Virus record (IMG/VR): IMGVR_UViG_3300032265_002475
Location: 5-64,004 of that record
From: a virus
Length of the DNA: 64,000 bases
Reading direction: 5' to 3' (one strand)
Of the stretch, positions 48,461-57,387 are shown piece after piece (within the stretch, counting starts at the first letter, position 1; each line of letters begins with the position of its first letter). The notes beneath the pieces were generated by a model. That model ran no database searches. It saw only the letters and a program-made list of their open reading frames with translations, and was not told where the DNA came from. A program made the position numbers and the translations under genes.

Positions 48461-48793
48461 TTAATTTTCATTATTTAATTCAAATTGTACACGTTCATTA
48501 AATAATGATTGCACATCTTCAAACGGTTGTGTCATCATTAATTGACGTAACATTTGTTCCTCCATATTCATTTCTTTAAGTAAATGTTGTGTTTTTTCAC
48601 CTGTTATTTCAGGATTAGATGATCTACACCATTCAGCATATAATAATTCAGCTTTATCATGTGGGGTTATGCCTTTTAATTCTAAATAATCATCATATTT
48701 TAGATTATGATTAATTACATTTCCTAATTCTACCAATATTAATTTTTTAACATTAGGTTCATTTAATAATTTTTTTAATGTTATATTTTTCAT
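48461..48793 (-). CDS. hypothetical protein
   Basis: ORF. Confidence 0.5.
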   Translation of the reverse strand: MKNITLKKLLNEPNVKKLILVELGNVINHNLKYDDYLELKGITPHDKAELLYAEWCRSSNPEITGEKTQHLLKEMNMEEQMLRQLMMTQPFEDVQSLFNERVQFELNNEN

Positions 48794-48796
48794 TTT

Positions 48797-49126
48797 TTAG
48801 TTATTATTTGATGTTGTTTCTTCAGTTACGTTTTCGTCAAGTACTTCTTCAATAATTGATTCAATTTTACTCAAATCTATCGAAACATCACTAAGTACTA
48901 TTGTATTATCACGTTCTAAATCAAAACTAGCTGAATCCATATCAACTACATCATCACTATCTAATTGGTTTAGTCTATTACTAATAACATAACGTATCTC
49001 ATCCGCTAATTCTTGTGTAATGCAGCTTTCACGTTTTACTTCATTAAGTAATTTTATGATATCATCTTTAGTGAAAATTGAACTTGGTGAGTCTTGTACT
49101 GTTTGTTTTAATTCTTGTAATTTCAT
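48797..49126 (-). CDS. acidic hypothetical protein
   Basis: ORF; Asp/Glu-rich. Confidence 0.5.
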   Translation of the reverse strand: MKLQELKQTVQDSPSSIFTKDDIIKLLNEVKRESCITQELADEIRYVISNRLNQLDSDDVVDMDSASFDLERDNTIVLSDVSIDLSKIESIIEEVLDENVTEETTSNNN

Positions 49127-49147
49127 AACTTTTATTATTTTTATTAT

Positions 49148-49188
49148 TTAATGACATAAAGATAAGGTGGAAAAAATGAATAGCCAAA
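49148..49188 (-). promoter_or_regulatory. early promoter element
   Basis: motif. Confidence 0.55.
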
Positions 49189-49226
49189 TTTATTTTAAAT
49201 TCCAAATTTTTCATTTTGTTACTTAT

Positions 49227-50048
49227 TTAGTTGTTTTTAACAATGTTGTTTATGATATCCATTGTTTCCCACGAAGTAGCAGTGTTAAAGTTAATTTCTA
49301 ATCTACCTAAAGAACCATCAGGATACACTTTCCACTTCGATGATATTCCATTTGCCATTTTGATTTTAACTGCATCGATTTCGTAACCTTGTTTTTCATA
49401 TGGTTCTTTTCTCCACTCTTTTATAGCTACTACCTCTGCTCCTGGATAAAGTGCTTGCATCTTAGCTACGGTAGCTTCAACTACACTAACTTGCTTTTTA
49501 GTTGCGTTTGTTTGAGCTTCGCGTTCATCACGCACCTCTTTTATTTTCTTGTTAATAGTGTCAGCTTTTGTTATAGCTTTATTTTCATATTTATAATCCA
49601 ATCCAAGTCCTGTTAAATACATTTTCCAGCCATTGTTAGTTCCTCTTGTATCCCATTTAGAATTATATACTACCTGAACCTTCACTCTTACGGTAAAACC
49701 ACCATTTACAATGGAAGCTTCTTTTTTGGTATGTGTTTCGCGATGAGCTACTTTATAAGCTCCATTTTCATCTTTGTTACCATAATCAAACACCACTTTT
49801 TCAAATTGATTTTCTCCGATATTCAACTGCCATCCTTTACCTAACTGTTTATGATATTCTGTAGCTGCTGCTATTTGCTCATCTTGAGTTTTGATAATTT
49901 TAGCAATTTCAGCCTTACAATCTACAATACCTCTTTCGATTTGTGCTTTGTTTTTGGCTTGCTTTTCAGCTTGTGCTAAAGCTTCTTTTTCACGGTTAAT
50001 TTTAATGATTTCTAATTCTGCTGGTGTTAATTCTAAAACTTGTGTCAT
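49227..50048 (-). CDS. hypothetical protein (273 aa)
   Basis: ORF. Confidence 0.55.
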   Translation of the reverse strand: MTQVLELTPAELEIIKINREKEALAQAEKQAKNKAQIERGIVDCKAEIAKIIKTQDEQIAAATEYHKQLGKGWQLNIGENQFEKVVFDYGNKDENGAYKVAHRETHTKKEASIVNGGFTVRVKVQVVYNSKWDTRGTNNGWKMYLTGLGLDYKYENKAITKADTINKKIKEVRDEREAQTNATKKQVSVVEATVAKMQALYPGAEVVAIKEWRKEPYEKQGYEIDAVKIKMANGISSKWKVYPDGSLGRLEINFNTATSWETMDIINNIVKNN

Positions 50049-50064
50049 AACTTTTATTATTTTA

Positions 50065-50102
50065 TTAACATAAAGATAAGGTGGAAAAAATGAATAGCCA
50101 AA
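50065..50102 (-). promoter_or_regulatory. early promoter element
   Basis: motif. Confidence 0.55.
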
Positions 50103-50231
50103 TTTTATCTAAATTCCAAATTCGATTACTAAATATAAAACACACGCTACAAAAGCTAGTGCTACTATTACTAATCCTGTGTCAATTGGTGCCCAATATT
50201 GTTTCATTGTATTTTATGTTAATTAAAATAG

Positions 50232-50294
50232 TAGGCAAAGTGAGAATTGAACTCACATTATCGCAATATCACACAAGTAAGGTGCTATTTACCC
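50232..50294 (-). ncRNA. short tRNA-like element (acceptor + T-arm, lacks a canonical D-arm)
   Basis: rc GGGTAAA..GTGAG-TTCAATT-CTCAC-TTTGCCT-A: T-arm plus 7-bp acceptor with two G-U pairs; only 63 nt. Confidence 0.2.
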
Positions 50295-50492
50295 GACCGT
50301 ATAAAAAACTACATCTGCCTTCTAAATGGGATACCTTGTCTCAAAAGTGTTATCCAGTACATTAACCCAAACCACTCAAATTTTAGAACTTTGAGAACAA
50401 TAGCCCCACCTCATCACAAAGGGTACTGAATAATGTTATTACTATTATTTGTTCAGTGTTAATCAGATGTAGTTTTAAAGAACGTTTTTGTG

Positions 50493-50582
50493 AAGTTGGT
50501 GGGAGATTTGAACTCCCATCTCTCATCATACAATGAGGCGTTACTCAATTGTGGTATTCATTCCCACTTACGCCAACCAACT
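50493..50582 (-). tRNA. tRNA-like gene, ~89 nt, non-canonical core; anticodon not resolvable by eye
   Basis: rc AGTTGGT-TG-...-GGGAG-TTCAAAT-CTCCC-ACCAACT-T: perfect 7-bp acceptor and canonical T-arm; D region has A14 A15 G18 G19; candidate anticodon stem CTCAT/ATGAG encloses only 6 nt. Confidence 0.4.
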
Positions 50583-50605
50583 TACCATTTTTCATAGGTG
50601 AATGA

Positions 50606-51310
50606 TTATTTCAACTTATTTAATATTTTAATTATAGTTGCTTCATCCACTGTCCATTTATGGGCACTGTCTTCTGCTTTAGCTCCACATCCAACCCAAA
50701 CTGCAGCTTTGTCATTTTGAGCTATTACTAACGCAGCTTCCCAAAATTCTTTAGTAAACTTATATCCGGAAATGGTAGTTTTATTTTTTTCAAATTCAAC
50801 TTCATAACCTCCTATTCTAATAGTTTCTTCTTTTTCATAGGCAGGTTCAAACCAAATGTCTAAAACACCCATACTTTTAGCTTCATCAATTGCACCGTCT
50901 TGATCCATAGTGAAAAATAAATTATCATGACCTCCAACATTAAATAAAGTATCAGCCCAACTAATATGACCACGTTTTAATGCAATTTTACCTTTTTCTG
51001 TTAATTTATAACCAACTAATTTTTTATTCATGTTATTATTGTTTGTTTTTGGAGTTGGATTACTCATTTTTAAAAACTCATTCCAAGTAATTCTACACTC
51101 TTTTGAAAAACAATCAAAACTAGCTACAGTTCCGTTATAATTCCAACTTCCTGTTGATTCATCAAAACTGATGTATAATCGGGTTGGGTTGTTAATTTCG
51201 AAATAAGAAAGATGATTTTCATCTACTGTTTCACCTGATATAGTGCTAATATAATTTAACACTCGTTTAAAGTTTTTTGCGTTAGTTACGCATACATTCC
51301 ATTTATTCAT
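50606..51310 (-). CDS. hypothetical protein (234 aa)
   Basis: ORF. Confidence 0.5.
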   Translation of the reverse strand: MNKWNVCVTNAKNFKRVLNYISTISGETVDENHLSYFEINNPTRLYISFDESTGSWNYNGTVASFDCFSKECRITWNEFLKMSNPTPKTNNNNMNKKLVGYKLTEKGKIALKRGHISWADTLFNVGGHDNLFFTMDQDGAIDEAKSMGVLDIWFEPAYEKEETIRIGGYEVEFEKNKTTISGYKFTKEFWEAALVIAQNDKAAVWVGCGAKAEDSAHKWTVDEATIIKILNKLK

Positions 51311-51833
51311 GATTTTTAAATTTTACTATTGTTACTTTACAATCTTTTAATTCCTGTTGAATAATTGTTCTTACATCCCTATACAATCCTTCTTGAGGTG
51401 TATGATATTTATCCCATACACCCCCTGCTATACCACATCCAATTTGCGGAAGTCCAATATGTTTACCTCTAAATTGTACATTCATTTTACGTAAACATAA
51501 AGTTAGTGCTTCATAATCTAAATTAGCTCCTGGTTGGTATTGTGTATAAGCATTTACTACAACTATTTCAGGTTCATTAGCATTGTTTTTATATTCACTT
51601 AATAACCAATTAGTATTTTCACCTACTACAACGGTTTCAAAATCAATATTACCTAACTTTGAAAAACTAATTAAATGCTCCATTTCAAATTTATCGGTAT
51701 GAAATGTTTTAGACATTACTGCTGCTATTCCTGCCTTTTGTAAACAAAAACAATTACACCCATGAACAATCACATCAAAAGAACCTTGTAATGCTAATTG
51801 TATTAAATCTCCTTCTATTTCTTGATAATTCAT
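51303..51833 (-). CDS. macro-domain (ADP-ribose binding/processing) protein
   Basis: start at internal ATG 51831-51833 (MNYQEIEGD) just downstream of promoter element; GDLIQ...DVIVHGCN...GIAAVM and IGLPQIGCGIAGGVW resemble macro-domain motifs. Confidence 0.5.
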   Translation of the reverse strand: MNYQEIEGDLIQLALQGSFDVIVHGCNCFCLQKAGIAAVMSKTFHTDKFEMEHLISFSKLGNIDFETVVVGENTNWLLSEYKNNANEPEIVVVNAYTQYQPGANLDYEALTLCLRKMNVQFRGKHIGLPQIGCGIAGGVWDKYHTPQEGLYRDVRTIIQQELKDCKVTIVKFKNHE

Positions 51834-51841
51834 TTTATTAT

Positions 51842-51882
51842 TTAATGACATAAAGATAAAAAAGAAAACCTGAAAAGCCAAA
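51842..51882 (-). promoter_or_regulatory. early promoter element
   Basis: motif. Confidence 0.55.
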
Positions 51883-52077
51883 TTAATCTTCTACTTCGTC
51901 ATTAGTTATACCTAACTCATCCTCAACAAATTCAATAGCATTTAACGCTTCATCACTTGACATATAATTTTCTATTATAAGTTCAAGTATTTTTGCTTCA
52001 GTATATCCTAATTCTATAAGAATATTTAATTTATGATTAACTAATTGTCTATTGTTTAACATTATGTATAATTTTAT

Positions 52078-52305
52078 TTAATTATTTTCAAATCCAATAT
52101 GTTTTTGCACAATTGTATTTAATTCTTTATAAAAATTTGGGTGAATAAAACCATATTCCCATCCTTTTGGGTTTTGTTCTATATCTTTAAGTGTGGTTTC
52201 TAATGCCCAAACAATTCGTTCACGTAATAATGCTGAATTAATAGTGCCTTCTATTTCTTTAAGTAAGCTTTTTAGCATTTGTTCGTTTGTTTTTAATTTT
52301 ACCAT
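52078..52305 (-). CDS. small hypothetical protein
   Basis: ORF. Confidence 0.45.
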   Translation of the reverse strand: MVKLKTNEQMLKSLLKEIEGTINSALLRERIVWALETTLKDIEQNPKGWEYGFIHPNFYKELNTIVQKHIGFENN

Positions 52306-52322
52306 GTTGTTATTTTATTTTA

Positions 52323-52360
52323 TTACTATAAAGATAAAAATGAATTTTGGAAAAGCCAAA
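52323..52360 (-). promoter_or_regulatory. early promoter element
   Basis: motif. Confidence 0.5.
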
Positions 52361-52399
52361 TTTATTTTAAGGCCAAATTACAATTTCATAAACCATTAG

Positions 52400-52600
52400 T
52401 TATATTTCTTCAGATTCTCCAATTAGTTTTAATATTTGTTTTGTAGATTCAGTTACTTCAAAACCACCATTATTGTGTCCTGTGTGTTTTATAATAGTGA
52501 ATGTATCACTATCATCTCTATAAATAGCTTGAATGCCATTTACATTTAAAACCATTTTATGGTTTTTTAACCTACGATTAGTTACAATAATAAATCTCAT
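52400..52600 (-). CDS. small hypothetical protein
   Basis: ORF. Confidence 0.45.
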   Translation of the reverse strand: MRFIIVTNRRLKNHKMVLNVNGIQAIYRDDSDTFTIIKHTGHNNGGFEVTESTKQILKLIGESEEI

Positions 52601-52609
52601 ATTTATAAT

Positions 52610-52650
52610 TTAATGACATAAAGATAATGCGGAAAATCTGAAAAGCCAAA
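52610..52650 (-). promoter_or_regulatory. early promoter element
   Basis: motif. Confidence 0.55.
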
Positions 52651-52682
52651 GAAAAAGGTGATGTAATTTTCATACATCACCC
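52648..52682 (-). terminator. rho-independent terminator after the RecA-fold ATPase gene
   Basis: perfect 9-bp stem ggtgatgta-attttca-tacatcacc, followed on the minus strand by TTTTTCTTTGG. Confidence 0.6.
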
Positions 52683-52690
52683 GTTCTTCA

Positions 52691-53557
52691 TTAACAACAA
52701 TCAACAACATCGTTACCTATTTTTTCAGGATTTGTTACTTCCATTTCAGGTTCTATTTTTTCTTTTGTAATTTTTCCATAATAAATGCTATTATTTGTTA
52801 ATTGATAACTAAATCTAGCATTAGTATGCCCGTTTCTATTTTTAGAAAACATCATATATGTTTCATTTAATTCTTTATCAAGTTTCACTTCACATACAGC
52901 ATCAACTAAATGTTTTAGTTTATTACTACCTACAGCATCACCAGCTTTTGTTTGTTGTTGTATAAGTAAAAATGATGTAAATTTACCACCTATATTTTCA
53001 CCTGAATTATGTTTTACACATAAATCAACTAACCAAGATTCCGCTGTTTTTCGGTCCCAACGATTATCATCGCGTACACTATCTAATACTTCCGCTATTG
53101 AATCAATTAGTATTAGATCATATCCTTTATTTAATATTTGTTCTACAACATCTTTTGCGTTGTATTGAATATAATCTGTCATAAATAACGTTTCAACAAT
53201 ACCAAATTGTGGAAATCGTTGTGTATATTTAAACATTTGCTTTTTACCCATTTCACCACTTATAAATAAACATTTATATTCTTTTTTATTTTGAATACCT
53301 GCTATTAAATCTAACATTAATGTTGTTTTACCTATTCCTGGATCTCCAGGAACCATAATGTTAGTAGCACATGGTGTTCCACCTTCGTAACTAATAAGTT
53401 CATCTAATGGTAATCCACTTTTCATAGTATTTAACATTCGTGGATCAATTTCTAATTGATTTAGTTTCATTACTTCACTAAATTCAATAATTGATGGTAT
53501 TTGTGGTACCATTGGTTGGCTAAGGTGTGGTCTTCCTGGTTTACGTTGTTCTTCCAT
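52691..53557 (-). CDS. RecA-fold P-loop ATPase (Sak4 / DnaB-C-terminal-like)
   Basis: Walker A GDPGIGKTT, Walker B DLILIDSI. Confidence 0.5.
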   Translation of the reverse strand: MEEQRKPGRPHLSQPMVPQIPSIIEFSEVMKLNQLEIDPRMLNTMKSGLPLDELISYEGGTPCATNIMVPGDPGIGKTTLMLDLIAGIQNKKEYKCLFISGEMGKKQMFKYTQRFPQFGIVETLFMTDYIQYNAKDVVEQILNKGYDLILIDSIAEVLDSVRDDNRWDRKTAESWLVDLCVKHNSGENIGGKFTSFLLIQQQTKAGDAVGSNKLKHLVDAVCEVKLDKELNETYMMFSKNRNGHTNARFSYQLTNNSIYYGKITKEKIEPEMEVTNPEKIGNDVVDCC

Positions 53558-53578
53558 GTTGTTGTTTATTTTAATAAT

Positions 53579-53619
53579 TTAATAACATAAAGATAAAAAG
53601 GAAAGTCTGAAAAGCCAAA
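53579..53619 (-). promoter_or_regulatory. early promoter element
   Basis: motif. Confidence 0.55.
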
Positions 53620-53785
53620 TTATTCAAAGTAAATCATAGATACACATTCTGAATGATCAAACATACCCATATCCTCATATGTTGAGTATACTCCATCAGC
53701 GTCAGATACTTCTACTAACATGATGACTTCGTTGACAATGTCACGACCATACAAAGTGATTGCTTCTTGTATTTTTTCTTTCATA

Positions 53786-54181
53786 TTATCCATAAACTAT
53801 TTCACCATCAAATAAAACTGACTGTATTATTACATCTGCTGTTTCAGCATCGTCTTGTTCAAGAATCATGTTAAATAAATGTTGTTTTTCAGTTTTATTA
53901 ACACGTTCATATATTAACTCTAATGTTACAATATGTTCTTCATTATCTGATTCAGTATCTACAAACCATATTTTATTACCATCTCTTAATATTTGCATTA
54001 AGCAATCTTCATAACAAATAACTTTATTAGGTTTTGATTCTCGTAATTTCTTATTAGCTAATGCATAATGCATAATGTCATATTCTAAATCTAAACCATA
54101 ATTACTAATATAACCTAACCCATTACATAAAGCGTTATAAAAATATAATTCTGATTCTTCAGTTGTTAAGATAATTTGCAT
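53786..54181 (-). CDS. hypothetical protein (start at internal ATG 54179-54181)
   Basis: weak promoter variant at 54193-54222 lies inside the listed 5' extension. Confidence 0.45.
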   Translation of the reverse strand: MQIILTTEESELYFYNALCNGLGYISNYGLDLEYDIMHYALANKKLRESKPNKVICYEDCLMQILRDGNKIWFVDTESDNEEHIVTLELIYERVNKTEKQHLFNMILEQDDAETADVIIQSVLFDGEIVYG

Positions 54182-54436
54182 TTTTAATAATATTAATGGA
54201 AAATGAAAAGTCAAACTTTTTAAGAAAATCACCCGACTTTACCCCGGTGAATTTGTTATAGCAGTCATAATATATGATCTATAACGGATACCCTAAATTA
54301 GCCTAGAACATGTTAGGGGCACTCAACCTGTGTTAATTTATTGACAACCATTGATACTATCTTTGGAATACATAATAAAACCCTTACTCATGTGTAATAA
54401 GTTTTATTAAGGTAATAAATCATTGACTACGTTGGT

Positions 54437-54742
54437 TCAATTAATTAATTCTTCTGAATATGTAATATCTTTCACATCTTCTTCATTGAATTGTTGAACA
54501 TATCCACTTAACATATTTATAAAATCATATCCTAATGTCTCTAAATCATTTATAAGTAATTCCCATTCCTCGAATTTATTAGCATATGTCTTCATTGCTA
54601 AATCATTTTCAATAACAAAATGAAAAAATGCATATAAACTAACATTCATAAATTCACCATTTGATAATTTACATGTTAACCAACTATCTTCGTTTTTAGT
54701 TAAATGTTTTTCATATGATGTAACTGTTAAACTATTTTTCAT
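54437..54742 (-). CDS. hypothetical protein
   Basis: ORF. Confidence 0.45.
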   Translation of the reverse strand: MKNSLTVTSYEKHLTKNEDSWLTCKLSNGEFMNVSLYAFFHFVIENDLAMKTYANKFEEWELLINDLETLGYDFINMLSGYVQQFNEEDVKDITYSEELIN

Positions 54743-54757
54743 AAATTTAATTTCTTG

Positions 54758-54792
54758 TTATAAAGATAAAAAAGAAAATCTGAAAAGCCAAA
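54758..54792 (-). promoter_or_regulatory. early promoter element
   Basis: motif. Confidence 0.55.
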
Positions 54793-54830
54793 CTTTTAAA
54801 ATTTTTTATTTACACATTTCTTGATAAATA

Positions 54831-54868
54831 TTACAAATAAATTAAGGGGGACTGATTTAGTCCCCCTC
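54831..54868 (-). terminator. rho-independent terminator after the SPFH gene
   Basis: agggggact-gattt-agtccccct 8-bp GC stem followed on the minus strand by TAATTTATTTGT. Confidence 0.55.
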
Positions 54869-54878
54869 TATTTATAAC

Positions 54879-55715
54879 TTACTTAATTGGTAAATTAAAA
54901 TTAATACCATTACCCATCTGATATTGTGGTAATACACCATTCCACTTCTCAATTGCTATTTGTTGTAACAACATAGGTGTGATAGCTGTCTGTTTCAGTC
55001 TATATGATTCAGCTTGAGCTTTAGCTGTTGCTAACATTGCATCTGCATCACCTTGCGCTGTTGCTACTTTAATTTTAGCTTGAGCTTCTGCTGTTTTTAC
55101 TTGATTTTCAGCCATTAAAGCTGCTTGAACTGCATTATTCTTAGCTATGATTGCATTCTTAAATGATTCCGGATAGCCTAAATTAGACGTTAATTGGCTG
55201 ATTGTAAAACCTTCCTTAGTTAAATTTGAATCTAATTTAGCACGCACCTTTATCTCAAATTCTTGACGATTAGACACTAAATCTTCGGCAGTATAAGCAT
55301 TGGCAGTCATACGAAATGCATCATAAATAGTTGTTTTCATAAAACCATCCTCAATGTCTTCTAAATCTCTACGATATTTAGCAAAGATATAAGGTACTTG
55401 TTCCCTTTTAACTGAATAATTCACAATAGGTGATACATGAAATTCACTACCATCCTTTGAGTTTACTACAAATGAGTTGCCATCTTTATATTCTTTGTGT
55501 TGCATAAAAGTTGGAAATTCATAAATCTTTGTTGAGATTGGATTGTAAAATACCCACCCTGTACACTCCGTGATACCATCAATACCTTTGTTGGTTCCAT
55601 ACAAATTTACTTTAATACCTACATGACCAGCGTCAATACGCTCACACGAATTAAATACCATAATTGTAAACATAAATGCTACAATTGCTCCTAAGACTAA
55701 TTTTACTTTGTTCAT
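54879..55715 (-). CDS. SPFH / band-7 (prohibitin-stomatin-like) membrane protein
   Basis: N-terminal TM; Ala/Gln/Lys-rich C-terminal helix AEAQAKIKVATAQGDADAMLATAKAQAESYRLKQTA typical of SPFH. Confidence 0.55.
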   Translation of the reverse strand: MNKVKLVLGAIVAFMFTIMVFNSCERIDAGHVGIKVNLYGTNKGIDGITECTGWVFYNPISTKIYEFPTFMQHKEYKDGNSFVVNSKDGSEFHVSPIVNYSVKREQVPYIFAKYRRDLEDIEDGFMKTTIYDAFRMTANAYTAEDLVSNRQEFEIKVRAKLDSNLTKEGFTISQLTSNLGYPESFKNAIIAKNNAVQAALMAENQVKTAEAQAKIKVATAQGDADAMLATAKAQAESYRLKQTAITPMLLQQIAIEKWNGVLPQYQMGNGINFNLPIK

Positions 55716-55763
55716 AACTTGTTTTGTTTTTATTTTGTGTTTTAAATTGTTTTTGTTAATCTT

Positions 55764-56021
55764 TTAACCATGATAATATGTATAAGGCGTGTAACAATAT
55801 TCTACTCCTACTCTTTTACACTCTCCGTGCCCCATATACTTTTTTATCATGTATGCTTCTGCATCTTTGTATGTACTGTGTGATATCCTTTTACTTGTTA
55901 GCTCTGTGTTGTATATTTCCTCCCATCCCCATAACCAATTTTTCTTTTCAACTACAAACTCTATACGTTTCGTTGTACTGTTAGTAACATCATGCGTATA
56001 TTCTATTATTCTGAATTTCAT
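55764..56021 (-). CDS. small Cys/His-containing hypothetical protein
   Basis: ORF. Confidence 0.4.
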   Translation of the reverse strand: MKFRIIEYTHDVTNSTTKRIEFVVEKKNWLWGWEEIYNTELTSKRISHSTYKDAEAYMIKKYMGHGECKRVGVEYCYTPYTYYHG

Positions 56022-56029
56022 AATATTGT

Positions 56030-56260
56030 TTATTTGAAAAAGAATGAAAATGTTTCTTTAATAATTGTTAAATTCACTTCGTGAAATACTAACCACTTCA
56101 TCCACACTAAAGGTGATAAAAAGAAATCAAATATAGCCCAACCAACTGAATTGTGAATGTGATATCCAACCATTGCTGTTATGAGTGCAAATAACCCATA
56201 CAAGTTGAATGGTTGAAAGTGAAATGTAGTTTTTCCGTCTTTTTTTCTGTAGTTGATCAT
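56030..56260 (-). CDS. small two-TM membrane protein
   Basis: hydrophobic segments. Confidence 0.4.
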   Translation of the reverse strand: MINYRKKDGKTTFHFQPFNLYGLFALITAMVGYHIHNSVGWAIFDFFLSPLVWMKWLVFHEVNLTIIKETFSFFFK

Positions 56261-56264
56261 GTTT

Positions 56265-56483
56265 TTATTTTGTGTTTAAAACTTTAATAATTAATTTTAT
56301 CAATTCAAATTCTCCAATTCCAACAACTAACCACCACAACAGTAAACATACAACTCCTGCTAAATTTACTACTGTATCTCTTTCGTTAAGCATTTTTAAA
56401 ATGTCATCTTGACCTGCAAATCCGGAAAATATTACTGATATCATTCCAATAACCAGTAATGAAATGTAAATTATTTTTTTCAT
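56265..56483 (-). CDS. small two-TM membrane protein (start at internal MKKIIYISLL to avoid the tRNA-like gene)
   Basis: listed ORF 56265-56552 overlaps the tRNA-like gene. Confidence 0.4.
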   Translation of the reverse strand: MKKIIYISLLVIGMISVIFSGFAGQDDILKMLNERDTVVNLAGVVCLLLWWLVVGIGEFELIKLIIKVLNTK

Positions 56484-56500
56484 TTTATTTTTTATTTTTG

Positions 56501-56602
56501 TAGTCAGGACAGGATTCGAACCTGTAATGATGCGTGTCTGTCCGTACATCAACGTTAGGGTTGCGACCCCTTCTCGCGTCTTGCCAATTCCGCCACCTGA
56601 CT
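56501..56602 (-). tRNA. tRNA-like gene, 101 nt, class-II-like (Leu-type D arm); anticodon uncertain (candidate loop GUCGCAA)
   Basis: rc AGTCAGG-TG-GCGGAATTGGCAAGACGCG...ACAGG-TTCGAAT-CCTGT-CCTGACT-A: perfect acceptor, canonical T-arm, D-arm nearly identical to E. coli tRNA-Leu; too long for a standard tRNA. Confidence 0.5.
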
Positions 56603-56780
56603 ATTTTACTCTTATTCTCCTTTCTAATGAAAAATAAAAATCCCGTTATTATGGTTATGACTGCCATACTAAAGGTAGCTGTTTTTGCAGCTGAAAAAGT
56701 CATCAATTACTATTTCAGGTAAGAACTGAAATACTCTTTTTTCTTTTGTTTTTATTTTGTGTATCATCTATATTATTTAT

Positions 56781-56816
56781 AATATAAAGATAAAAAGGAA
56801 AATCTGAAAAGCCAAA
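56781..56816 (-). promoter_or_regulatory. early promoter element upstream of tRNA-like gene 56501-56602
   Basis: motif. Confidence 0.55.
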
Positions 56817-56820
56817 CTTT

Positions 56821-56952
56821 TTATTTATCTTCATCAAACATATCAGACCCATCATAATCAGGGTGTTCTTCCATCATTTTTGAAATTCCTTTTGCGTATA
56901 CAGTTGATACTATTATTGACACAACTAACACTAATAAAATTATAATTTTCAT
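56821..56952 (-). CDS. small signal/TM peptide (43 aa), not in ORF track
   Basis: MKIIILLVLVVSIIVSTVYAKG... Confidence 0.3.
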   Translation of the reverse strand: MKIIILLVLVVSIIVSTVYAKGISKMMEEHPDYDGSDMFDEDK

Positions 56953-57093
56953 TGTTTATTTATTTTTTATTAAAAATTGTTCCTAACCACATTAATAAAT
57001 AAATGTAAATCACCAGCAAACCTATAAAAGGCATTGCTAGTATATTTTTGATATAGCACCATAATGGGTACTTACATGTTTTACAAAGTGTCA

Positions 57094-57387
57094 TTACTCT
57101 TTTATTAATGTTAATCTATTATAATCATTACATTGAGTGTCATATATTTCTGTTCCATCTTTACAAACAGTTTTTAAATTAAATGTTAATTTTCCATATT
57201 TACTAACTACATCAAGGATTCTAACTTTTACATATGTTTCACCATCTTCTATTTTTTCACTTCTATTTTTAGCATAACATTGTTGATAAGCATAATCACC
57301 AGCTTGACCGCTCGGATGTCCTATTTTAGTATGAAAATGTAACCAACATAGTTCACCACCTTTAATATATTCTTTTTTTAAACTCAT
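57094..57387 (-). CDS. Cys-containing hypothetical protein
   Basis: ORF. Confidence 0.45.
   Translation of the reverse strand: MSLKKEYIKGGELCWLHFHTKIGHPSGQAGDYAYQQCYAKNRSEKIEDGETYVKVRILDVVSKYGKLTFNLKTVCKDGTEIYDTQCNDYNRLTLIKE

Noticed and set aside
50081-50429. Plus-strand ORFs 50081-50365 and 50247-50429 in the tRNA-containing gap
   Set aside because: They overlap the tRNA-like elements and run opposite to every other gene; no start context.
56485-56706. ORF 56485-56706 and the 5' part of ORF 56265-56552
   Set aside because: They overlap the tRNA-like gene 56501-56602 (perfect acceptor and T-arm); translation shows no domain features.
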